Source of the DNA: Botryllus schlosseri
Taxonomy: Eukaryota
NCBI GenBank assembly: GCA_051294905.1
Contig: CM119372.1
Span: forward strand, 34,722,001 to 34,786,000
Direction: 5' to 3'
DNA length: 64,000 bases
A model generated the notes under the pieces. It was given only the letters and a program-made list of their open reading frames with translations, was not told where the DNA came from and ran no database searches. Shown in pieces: positions 52,058-64,000 of this stretch; within the stretch, counting starts at the first letter, position 1; each line of letters starts with the position of its first letter. Both the position numbers and the translations under genes were made by a program.

Positions 52058-53972
52058 CAGTGGCGGCTCGTCCTATAGGGCAACTGGGGCATTGCCCCAC
52101 CTAAAATTCTGTTCAATAACAATTCTTTACCATTTATAGACGCACACCAATCTATATATACTGAAATCACAGCGAAAATCGCATTCTTCTTGTCCTTTCG
52201 CTTGTAAATGCCCATATATATCGAAGTCTCTGCGAAAATCGAATTCTCTTCTGTGTTTTCGCTTTGCGAATGCCTAGCCGGGGCATGCCCCGGTAGCGCT
52301 CATAACAAGCTTTCACTGTCTATTCTCTCAAAGCCGCGCACAATAAAGAAACTGTGATTTACTCTCTCCTATTCATAAAATTACCGAGCAACCGGGCACG
52401 ATAGCTCTGTGCCCCTAAGGTGTGATGTAACAATCGTATCTATAGCTGAACTCGGTTACCGTCATATGCGTTTAGTCAACCTTTGCTGGTATAGGTCGAT
52501 TTTGATGGTGTTTCACACCATGAAAACTCTTGAAACTTGGTATGTCATGTCGTGATGGTGGTATTTAACACTGCCCCAAGTTTCAGGGTTTCTACTTAAA
52601 GTTTAGGGTAGTAATTCCGTTTCCGAAGTTGAGTGTGTGCTGATCCGTCATGTATCGCAAACAGATTTTACTCAAAAGCCGGTATTGTTATCCATTGATT
52701 TTGACGATGTTCAATACTGAGATCGGTTATGACATTTGGCACGGTAAGTCTTAATGTTAGTATCGAAGGCTGTACCAAGTTTTAAGTTTGTCAGTGAACT
52801 GTGTTAGTGGTAATTTCGTTTCCTAATTCAAGTGAGAGCTGACTCGTCATTTATCGCTAACAGATTATGCGCAAAGCCGGTATTGGTCTGTATTGATTTT
52901 AACGATGCTCCTTACCTAGATCAGTCATAAGCTTTTGCACGGTATGTCTTGATTTTAGTATCGAACGCTGTGCCAAGTCTCAAGGTTGACACTCAATGAT
53001 TAGGGCAGTAATTTCGTTATCAAGGTCGAGTATGGTAAAGATGTGCTCCGATCTGACACTTTAGCCTACAACGCATTGCGGATTGACGCAACAGCCGGTG
53101 TATCTGCGCGGTAACGTTAACTGAGATGATGATATCATTCTCAGTTTGCATTCAAATATTTACTTTAATATTATATTCTCTAATGCCAATTTCACCGTGA
53201 AATTGTGGCCTTCAAGCCATTTGCTTACAACCCCCTGTCAAACGCGATAGCTATTTAGTTTTCGATGGCGGCTAACAGCTGATCACTTGATCAGCCTATT
53301 CCTCAGTAAATTTTACGCAAAATTCGGTGTTGGTCTGTTCGCATTAATTTTGACAGTGTACCATACCGGAAAGGGCCATGAGGCCACTTCTCGATGATGT
53401 CATGTAACAGTGTACTAAGTTTAAGGCTTTCATCCACGTATTAATTCGGTAATATATTTTCCAAAGGCTATTTCGCAGCAGACCTATAGACAGTAATAAA
53501 GCCGTATGTGTCGTGTTACAGTCTCCAGTTTCAAGGCCAAAATCTCCTATGCTGTACCAAGACCGAATTTCCGAGGCTGCTATTCTTAGTTCTTAAGAAT
53601 GATGTTTTGGATTCAATATGACAGGCCCAATCTGTGAGATAACAATTGCGTATCTGTCCGAACTCGTTGACCTTTCCAATTAGGCTTATGCTATCTCTCG
53701 AGTTATAGTCATTTCCAGGTCTAGTGCGAACATGAACCGTGTTGAATATTTGTTCCGTACGCCGTTTACGCAGTTACCACACTTCAAGTCACAGCCCACC
53801 GGCGGACCTCTCGTGACACATACGTTAAAATCACTGTAGCCGGCAAATTCATGTTATCGTACCATCATTAAGTTACTTGTTTACGTTGGAAAACGCCATT
53901 GTGACGTCATCTTGATAAAAAGTCGCTTGCAGCCCTTGCCCCACCACCCGATATTGTCACGAGCCGCCACTG
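52058..53972 (+). mobile_element. 1.9-kb non-autonomous hAT-type element, copy 2
   Basis: Same TIRs and highly similar interior to 38295-40185; different TSD GTATCCAA at 52050-52057 and 53973-53980. Confidence 0.93.
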
Positions 53973-56900
53973 GTATCCAAAGACTACGTGAGCAAATATT
54001 ATTATTTTAGCATCAAAAAGCTGGTGAAGTAGATTGATTATACAAACAATACTACGTGAGTAAGTAAAACTAGTAGATAACTCTGCTTGAGTACTACGGA
54101 AAAGTACTTCTTTAATGATGAACTCTAAATTTCAGGAGGGCGGTTAACATATGCCGAGCATGATAAGGGGAGGGGGGAGTGCTTGGATGCAGCTGGTCTA
54201 ACCGGATTTTAAAAATGATATTACTGTTACCTCATATTTGATAAATTTGTGTTTATTTAAATCTCTCTTTTATGCTCGTAATTGTGCCCTTGACTCTTGA
54301 CAAGACGCAGACTAATAGTCGTCGAGTTATGTATATTTTACTGCAATGATTGTAGATTGCGCAACATAGTGCAATTCATTCCATTTCTACACTTTAGTGT
54401 CTAAAATGCACTTAAGTGATCACTATTGGCGCATATTCACTTTCGGAAGTATATCTTTTCTGAGACAAAATAAGTAGGCTAATGATAACTCATAGAAGTC
54501 GATGTTTATGCACTTACGCATAATGTACCTCGATTTGGCCCTCCATAGCAATTCAGAAGGTGTATTTAATTGCGGCGATTATATATCGGCGTACTATTCT
54601 GAGATATAATATTGATCATCGACAGCAAATGTATTTTACGGATAGTTGGTATTACTATATATATGAGGAAATCCGTCGATGTATTTGTATGAAGTTCTGA
54701 AATAGGGTAGCATTATAGGCAACTGAAGGTCGAAATGGTGGCTACCAATGTTTTGGATATTTCGACATCGCGGATGGCACCAAACGAAACGCTTTATCGG
54801 TTTGAGTAAGTATTCCATTTACATATGTTTCGACTCGTCAGCCCCGTTAGTAGTATAGTAGATCGCTCGTGATGTGGCAGGGGTTCTTATGGGTGCGGCG
54901 GTGACGCGCCTGGAAACTCGTGGTGGTGATGCGCCTTTTTAGACCCCCCTCTCGGCGGTGATGCGCCATGTGTTCTTATGGGTGCGGTCGTGATTCGCAC
55001 TTTCAGGTATAGGCCGTGGCGGTGATGCGCCTGGAAACTCGTGGTGGTGATGCGCTTTTTTAGACCCCCCTCTCGGCGGTGATGCGCCATGTGTTCTTAT
55101 GGGTGCGGTCGGGATTCGCCCTTTCGGGTATAGCTCGTGGCGGTGATTCGCCGTGAAAACCCGTGGTGGTGATTCGCCTTTTTTGATATAGGCTGCGGTG
55201 GTGATTCGCCTCTCATGTATTCTTACGGAGTCTCTAGTGATGCGCCATGTGTTCTTATGGGTGCGGTCTTGATTCGCCTTTTCGGGTATAGGCCGCGGTG
55301 AAGATTCGCCGTGAAAACTCGTGGTGGTGATTCGTCTTTTTTGGTATAGGCTGCGGTGGTGATTCGCCTGTCATGTATTCTCACGTTATTCTTATGGATA
55401 CGGCGATGATTCGTACTTTCGGGTATAGACCGCGGCGACACGGTAGCTGATATAGACGCGACATGATAGCGTTACAGGTATAGGGATCGCTCACACGGTT
55501 CTACATGAAGACATCGTAGTTTAGTCGTGACAAATGACCGATCGTGTTCTAACTCAAGTCTTTGCGCTGTGCGATTTTGAAAAACAGATGTTGGTGGTTG
55601 CGTTTTGACATGTGTGACACAATAAAATCGTTCGTTTCGCTAAACCGGAAATTCACTAAACCGCAGTGCATTGTGCGATTTTGAAAAACAGATGTTTGCG
55701 CTTGCGTTTTGATATGTGTGACCCACTAAATACGTCCGTTTTGGAAACGCGGCCTGCTCAAGTCTTTTACGGCGATTCGAATACCAACAATAGCCGCGTT
55801 CACATACTAACACTCCAAAAAGGTGTGAAATATTTGTAAAATCCTACGATCGCTCAGAAGATAACACATCAGAATACCCATCCCTCGTGGTTTGATGTTA
55901 CAAAGGTAGGAATTACGCACAAGTAATATTTTGGTAATTAGTTTGTCACGGAGCCGGCGTAGACGGCGATTCCAATACCAACAATAGCCGCGTTCGCAAA
56001 CCAACACTTCAAAAAGGTGTGAAATAGGTTGCAAACCCCGCGCTCGCTGACAAGATAACACCTCAGACATAGCGATCACTCGCGATTTTCTGATACATAC
56101 ATGCCGATCGTTCACAATGTAATATTTTGGTAATCAGTATGTCACAGAACTGGAATTCGCCGGTAAGATTTAATAAGTAACGAATAACCGAACCGTCGCA
56201 GACGGTGATTCGAATACCGACAAATTCTCACTTATTTCTGATCGAACCCTAATCCTTTGCGAAGTTGGCGCTTATTCGAAAAGGTGTGAAATAATTGTAA
56301 AACCCTACGTCGCTGACAGGATAATGCGTCAGACATAGTGATCCAGTTATAGCACGATGTCGGAATCCATTCGCGAGACGTTCTATAGGTACATTGATGT
56401 AATCCGAAGCGAAATATTTTGACTTTGAGGTAGTGTGAATTGAAATAGGATTGACAAACATGACTACATTTTTCCCCCAGCGCCATTTCGATATTATACG
56501 CACATTGATTTGAAACAAGTAATGAAACATTACAACTCTTCGCGATCCGGCTTTCCGTTTGTCAAAGAGACATTTTAATATCTTACCACCCTCAAAATAA
56601 TTATTCGCAACAACATTCACAAGTGTTAAATCGATTTTGCCTTACTTGATTATATCACTACAACTCGCAAACTTAAATTAATTCATCCTGGTTGTATTCA
56701 TATGACGATAATTTTTATTCAACTGTAAAAGTCGTTACTAATCTATAACACAAAGTAATTACTATACTCGGTGCATATACGACTTGACATAAACATATTG
56801 TATTTTGAGTATACGAGATTTGAATGTCTGAACAATAACTGAGAATTAAATAATCACAAGTGAGTCCATATATTACAGCGTAAAAGATATTGGAATGTCA

Positions 56901-58743
56901 GCAACTCTTTACGGTCATAGTTACAACCACATTAACTAATCTACCCAGGCAACACGTCATGATCATTCCTGAAATCAACACGTACGCAGCCACTGACTTG
57001 AGTTAAACACAAAACGGCATCGAGTTTTAAATCCGCTTGCAGCTGACGGACTATTCGAATGCATCGATGGAGAATATTATTGAACACGTCGGTATTGTTA
57101 CTTCAATAAATTTTCGCTTACACCGACTGCGAAAGTTAATATCGAATGGCAAGACTTGATCACATATTTGTTGAACACAGACATGACAAAACACATTACC
57201 GAGGTTTTATAAACTAGTCATATTACTCTACACATCTATCAATATCAGAATGCGAGCCATCAAACTTTTTGTTAAATGTAACATTGCACTTTTGGAATCG
57301 GATTCGTTATAGTCATACAAATTGTATTAAACCCAACACCAAAACGAAAGGACTTTTTAGTTCATTGAAATCAAATCATTCGTCTTCGACTTGTGCTTTA
57401 TTAGATTGCACGCAACAATTCGTTACGAATGAGCTGTAACCAAAGTTAAGAAATCTTTGTGTCCCCAGATATAGAAGATGAATCTACCTAACACAATCAC
57501 GAATCGCTGTTTCAAGTATTTCACAGATGTAATAAACTTGTTAGTGTCGCCTATCTAAAAGTATGCATGCGTTCGATTTCCATACCGACTGTTGCGATGT
57601 TTAGGATTCGCTTACAATGAACAAGAGTGAGGATTTACCATCAATGTCGTTACTGTCTGTATTCGCAACAGAGAATTGAAACATTACACGGTGTGAAAAT
57701 ATCTCTTTGATATCATAGCATTATCCCAATGTACACGATTAATACTCAACTCCGTTCACACTTTCTATAGAACGTGCTAAATGTAAAATATCGCGAGGTT
57801 ACACTTTCAGACTTTGATCATTACAAAAGTAAATTGGGATATGTTTGCTAGACGCATCCAATTCAACTAGAAATGTCTAGTACACAACGCTCGTAATATA
57901 TTGTTGTTCGTTTGTAGTATTGATTGAAATTGTTTTAGAACCCTCAAATAATAATTCTCGTCATGAAACCGAGTCGCTGAAAGTCGTTACCATCACAAAG
58001 AAACAATTTGAACGATGTTTGCCAAATGTATCCTATAGTTAGGTGTACTAGAATTATTTGTGTAACACATACACCGACAATGCAATCGAAAATTTTTCCG
58101 TTGTCATTCGCTTAAGTAAATGTCATCACAATACTCTGTCACTAAAAGACGTTACTTGTATGTGATTGAATCCCTAACAATTACCTCAATAAACCGAACT
58201 CCAAAGAAAGTTTACTCACTCGACGGATATGAAACAGCGTCGCTTAATCAGTCTATATCGTTTTTTTAAAGGTAAATCATATCCATCCAATAGAAAACAA
58301 TTTTCACTAGCTTGGTAATCAAACCGAAGAGTGGGTCTTCATTCAATATTTTGTTTGTGTCAAATACTTTGCAATAAACACACTGGATTGGTTGAGCTTT
58401 ACATCATCAGGCTGTCATCTGTAAATCAAGCTTACATCCGATTTGTAACTGTATTGTTTACCTAACCGAGTTGTATGCAGAGTTTGATATTTTTGATATA
58501 TTGATACTGTTACTCCATTGATCGGTATTCTCGAGCGGGTCGATTTTCAAACGAGTAAAATTTATTACTTGAGTTGTTCTGCTTACTATATTTAAATGTA
58601 AACTCACCCGTCTTTCAAAACCACAACAAACAATGATAAAAAAGTATGCAATCAAACACAACAAGTTTTACTGTAGGACACTAATTATTATCCCACATAA
58701 CTCATTTCTTACCGATGGCATATGAAATATATTCATGTTACAC

Positions 58744-59205
58744 TAGGCTTACCATACGTCCTCTTTTAAGATGATTCGTCCTCTTTTTTGACTTTTTTGA
58801 AAGTGTCCTCGGAGGACGCCCTTTTGTCCTCTTTTTTGAGATTTTGTCCTCTTTTTTGAAAATTTAGGTCAGATTTAGTGGAAATTGCGAGTGATATGCC
58901 GCAAATTAGCGCAGAAGTGAAGCTCCGGCGGGTATTTCGGAGGGAAAAGTGGTGATTTCAGCTCTGAGCGAAAAGAAGACCTTTTTTTTTTTTTTTTTTT
59001 TTTTTTAGTCATCCACCTAGCAATGTGGAGTGTAAAACGTGTTTTTGAGCTCTGAGCGGAAGTGATGACCTTTTTTTTTTTTTTAGTCAACTGATCATGA
59101 AGCGGGTGAAATTTACCTGTTTTTGAGAATTCTTCTCCAGTTTTGCTTGTTTGAAATTTCTGAAAAAGTATCCTCTTTTTTCATTTCCGAAATATGGTAA
59201 GCCTA
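58744..59205. mobile_element. 462-bp hAT-type MITE with GTCCTCTTTT repeats (related fragment at ~35920-36030)
   Basis: TIR TAGGCTTACCATA...TATGGTAAGCCTA; TSD TGTTACAC at 58736-58743 and 59206-59213. Confidence 0.92.
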
Positions 59206-60024
59206 TGTTACACGAAAATACTCGATATTCCCATGCTACAAACCTGTACAATGATTGGCGGGGCTTTCAAACTGTTTCGATACCTCAAGAACTTTATTGT
59301 CCGAATGGTTGTTCGTGTATCTTAATAATCAAATAGTTCAACACAGAACTAGTACGAACAGAAACATCAGAGTTGTTTACACAAAGTTTGTATGTGTACA
59401 GTATGCGAATACCATGTGTAAGTCCAGCACAATTGCAGTATCTATCCGAGTGTAGTTAACACAAATCTATTACAACGAACCACGTAAACTTTCGTGAAAG
59501 AAAAGCATACTCACTTCCCGAGGGTTCTGTCAATTTCATAGCAATAAATCAGCTACTCCAACAACAGAGTACATATGTTTTCTAGTCACGGCCCTTACAT
59601 CTTTCACACAGATCAATCTACTTTGCTAACGAAAAGTGCTGAGTCATCGCATGCTTGTCCTCACAACAAAACAACCAGTAGATGGAGCTGTATTAAAATT
59701 TTCCTAACCCTTTGCACACCAGCGACAAATTGTTTAGTGAATCGAGTTGTTGTTCAGCGTCAAGTCTCCATGTTGAAGCGTACATTAAAACAGTGCAATC
59801 ACAAGACAATAAAACCACGGATCTATTTTCATTTCCTCACAAACTGTCACATACAGAAAAATAAATTATATTTTCCCAAAACATACTTGTAACCAATCGC
59901 TTTCATTAAACACACAACACCATAAAAGTATTTACTTTCTACAACATAGACATTCCGATGTAGTCAAGAAATATTTTTATTAATCAAAATCATCGACTTC
60001 TGTTTACGGTGTTAGTGTGTGCAT

Positions 60025-61603
60025 CAGAGTTGGATCAATTGTAATTTGTAATTGTAATTGAATGTATTTAATTACATTTTTCAATGTAATTGTAATTTAA
60101 TTCTAATTGAGGCATTTTTATTTTGTGTAATTGTAATTGTAATTGTAATTTGAAAAAAATTTTGCTCAATTACAATTTCAATTACATTAAGTTGTTATTG
60201 AGACCTGACAAGCACAACATAAAAGAATTGAATTATAATGCGTTCTCTTTAAATGTCGACAAGGAATTTGGTGGATCCATTCGCGGAAGCCCTGGACTGC
60301 GCCCATGCGGGCGAAGTTTTTTCTATATTTTTACCGCTATGCTGGCCTCGGCTGCCATTGTATACAATTTTTAGATTACTAACCAACGGATGGATTCGCA
60401 ACACGTGACTCACGATTGAATACGGCGAGAAGCGAACTGCTGAACGGGCTAAAAGCAGCAGAATTTATAGTACCATAGCTGGCGATCCAAGCGTCGAAAT
60501 TTGATATGTAAGGTCCTAATCGAAAGCTAGTGTCGCACTGATTCCGCAATAAAAGTATATTTCCAGGCAATGGTACCATCCCAAAATAGTCATGAAAGTC
60601 TGGGAATCGGCATTGTTCTGAACAATCGCTGGGCGTAATTGGTAATTGTTGTGGTCATGCTGCTGCAGCGCTCTCACTTTTCAGAACAGTCGGCCTTAAA
60701 CGGCTATTTTGGAGCAGTTACATTGCCCTGACGAGATTTTATTTTGTATTTTCGGAATTAGTACATCAATAGCTTACGATAAAGACCAGATGCATCAAAT
60801 TTTGACGCATGGATCGCCAGCTCTAGGACTACAAAGTTTGCTGCTTTTAGCCGGCTCTGCAGTACGTTTGTCGGTGCATTCATCCGTGACTCACATCTTG
60901 CGCATCTATCCGTGGGTTGGCAATCTACAATACGATTTCAGATCACGATGCTGCATCGTTACTTCGTCTGGCTAACTAACCAGACCATTGGATATTATAT
61001 AACGTCTTATCTGACAAAGCACGGTTTTGTTTTTACTCCTCATCCTAATTCCTACGTCCCTCGATAAAAATAATATTATTTCTTTAATTATATACTATAT
61101 ACGCAAATCCCACACGTGCATATATTATAATACTTTTTCAACGACATACTGCACCCTATCCTTAATCCTAACCCATAGGAAATTAGGTAAATAACATTTT
61201 ACATTCCAATTACGTGAGCCATAATTACCGAGCATGCAACACACGCTTATATCATGTCACAATGACATCTTAAATAGCATACCATGTAGTATGTACGGCG
61301 TACGCACATAAACGCATTTATTACTACACAATCTGAACTAGACTTGAATTGTTGTTAAATACGACGCTACGGTTGTCAAGAAGCACGGTAGAATTTATGA
61401 TTATTCAATTAAATGTTCAACAGCAGCAATTGTAATTGTAATTGTAATGTAATTGAAGCATGCAAGGAGTAATTAAAATTGTAATTGTAATTTGATATTT
61501 TTAGCATGGAGTAATTGTAATTGTAATGTAATTGAAACATGCATGAAAGTAATTGTAATTGTAATTGTAATTGAACTGAAATAATGTAATTGATCCAACT
61601 CTG
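60025..61603. mobile_element. 1579-bp non-autonomous hAT-type element with (GTAATT)n subterminal repeats
   Basis: TIR CAGAGTTGGATCAATT...AATTGATCCAACTCTG; TSD GTGTGCAT at 60017-60024 and 61604-61611; empty site at ~12697-12704. Confidence 0.93.
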
Positions 61604-63819
61604 GTGTGCATGTCATACATGTGGGACCCGTATTAAAATGGACACGACACGACTGAATGTAAGGAGATAGAAGTCTATCGCATAGATTTACGTGTGGTCT
61701 TCGCTACGGTTTCAAAGAACGAATCATCTCTTTCGCATTGATCGAGACAGAACAAGTTAGTTACATGTATTCACGGTCATGATTGTGTTTGTCATATGTG
61801 AATGATAGGGTTACTGTCAAATCTACATACAACAACCTTCTGGCACTCATAATAGCAATTTCATTCTCTCCCTTCGTAATTGTATATTCACGACAAGTAT
61901 ATTGTACAACTCGACAGCTACGTTTAACAAGACCAACGAAACCGAACCCACGACGTTTACCTATGTGAAATTACCACTTTCACTTGGTTGTCCGTCGTTT
62001 AACTGAGTAAACATATCATTTTCCTTTGGAGATCTGACGTTTACCTAGACTAAGAAACCATTTTCACTTGGAAATATATTTTTCCCTCAGCAACAAACCA
62101 TTTTCACTTGGAAATATATTTTTTCCCTCAGCAACAAACCATTTTCACTTGGCGGTCCGTCGTTTACCTGAGTAAAAACATCACTTGCCTTTAGAGATCT
62201 ATCGTTTACCCAGAGTAACAATACAATTTGACTTTGGGTTCAATCCTTTCCTAGAGTAACAAAACCCTTTTCGTTTGCAAATCTATTTTTTTTCCTACAG
62301 CAACAAACCATTTTCACTTGGAAAAATACTTTTACCTAGAGTAACTAATTATTTTCTTTTGGAAATATATTTTCTCCCTGGGTAACAAACCTTTTTCGTT
62401 TGGAAAACTATCATTTACCTGAGTACCAATACCGTTTTCACTTGGAAATCTATCTTTTCCCTGGGTAACAATACCATTTTCGTTTTGAAAACTGAAAACC
62501 ACACCCGATATTTTGATATTTTTGTATATTGTTACAACGGACAGTGACAAAATACACACCAACAACGACTCCGATACATTTGTGTAATCGCATATTCACT
62601 TGTGCTGGTGCATCCCATCAAAATCATCGGTTACCCACATGCAATGTGCTCTTGTATATCGAAATGCATGTTTTGGAAATTGGACAATAGGTTTCGACAT
62701 GTCCGCGATGTCCGGGTTCGTGCTTTGGATTTTCCAGAGTCAAAATGTCTGAATAAAACACCTCCTCGACGATGGTTGGTACGTGGATAATGGTGTTCGG
62801 AAAACGGTTGGATTTATGTCACCCATCGCGATAACAATTCCAGGTCGAGTTTTCCCCCGCATGTTTACTATATTGTGTCTTTATTGGTCAATGTATGTCT
62901 CAACAATGTCGACATGACAGTACGGGCCCTATTATCCAGTCCATATACAATTCAGACTGTCATTGAATTCGTATTGGCTACCCGATTAATCTAATTATTT
63001 GCGGATATATTATTTTCGACGTGGTCTGGTGCACAAGACCTTAGTAGTTAAGCACCATTAACCCCACATACAACAACAACAATATATGATCCGCACTGCT
63101 GCAAAATAAGTTTAACTTATATAGCACTTCATATTAAACTACAGTCGACCTTGTTATTCATAATTGCTAGTGGTTACTATGAAATCACAGCAGGCATGGT
63201 GAGTTGAGTGAAACGAGATATTTACAATCTCGCAAAAATATATGTTCACCTACATTCAAATTTTCGTTTGAAAATATTTCAATGCTAGTTATAACTAGGC
63301 TATATAAAAACGTCAATTAGAATTACCCCCCAAATATTGGTAAATTACCCCTTTGGGGGTAATTACCCCAGGTTAAGAACCGCTGGATTAGAGCATACGT
63401 TGCCATAGTAGAAGTAGTAGTAGATTAATAGCAACGTATCTGTGTTTCTTAGTCGGCTAGCAAACATTGCGCAGTGCTCACCTTTACCAACCCTCATAAA
63501 TAATTTAAATCGAATTATTATCGTTTATGCGTTCATGTTCTCACGGATTGGTAGTGTATGGTACCATATAAATTTGCTTAAATTTCTCAAGGCTTCGTAT
63601 TCGCTCCTCTATTTTAGCTGATAATAACAGACTGTGGCATGTAACTATATACAGTTTCTCACTTATTTCATTGGCAGTTCTAGGTGTTTCTGTGCGATAC
63701 AACGCCTTTTTGCATGCATATTTACCTTTATATTCGTGATTTGGTTAAAAATAAATGGCTAATTATTCTGTCATTCACGCAGCTGACAAAATGTTATGAC
63801 TTTGAAGCATCACTCATAC

Positions 63820-64000
63820 TTCGAAAATTCAATTTGACTTGAATTGCGACTTGACTCGTGACTTGACTTGACTTGACTCGACTTGACTCGAGTCACCTCC
63901 AAAAATCGAGTGACTTGACTTGACTCGAGTCACCTTCGAAAATCGATTGACTTGACTTGACTCGAGTCAAAATCTGCAATGACTCGAGATGACTCGTGAC
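63820..64000 (-). mobile_element. Partial inverted copy of the 41362-42325 MITE family, running off the window end
   Basis: Reverse complement matches ~41390-41570 (GACTTGACTCGAGTCA repeats). Confidence 0.85.

Larger units (their letters stand above)
54849..62905 (+). mobile_element. Older, one-ended, diverged relative of the Polinton-like element
   Basis: Starts AGTAGTATAGTAGATCG; same subterminal array (~122-bp period); colinear with ~9540-11410 and ~11890-14182 of the left arm; interrupted by two MITEs; no second terminus in the window. Confidence 0.88.

Overview
AT-rich eukaryotic DNA, probably an invertebrate animal (inferred from hAT/MULE/Penelope elements, short GT-AG introns, a class A GPCR and a C2H2 array), dominated by nested transposons. 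The central object is a 14,505-bp element at 7697-22201. It has 5'-AGTAGT...ACTACT-3' ends and a 6-bp target-site duplication (GACGCA), the signature of Polinton/Maverick elements. It is almost entirely a palindrome: two apparently identical 6,800-bp inverted arms (7697-14496 and 15402-22201) around a 905-bp spacer. I recognise no Polinton core gene in it, but each arm carries an intact 211-aa ORF resembling tandem OB folds (RPA/SSB-like). It sits inside a 1.49-kb hAT element whose uninterrupted sister copy (36236-37723) shows the empty site. An older, one-ended, diverged relative lacking the OB ORF lies at 54849-62905. The window also holds a ~20-finger C2H2 pseudogene (31.2-32.9 kb), three 5' exons of a class A GPCR (minus strand, 44.6-46.1 kb), a Penelope GIY-YIG remnant with a minimal hammerhead motif, a decayed 28S rRNA fragment between hAT-like ends, and about a dozen TIR elements with readable TSDs. 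All alignments were done by eye; no database searches were run.
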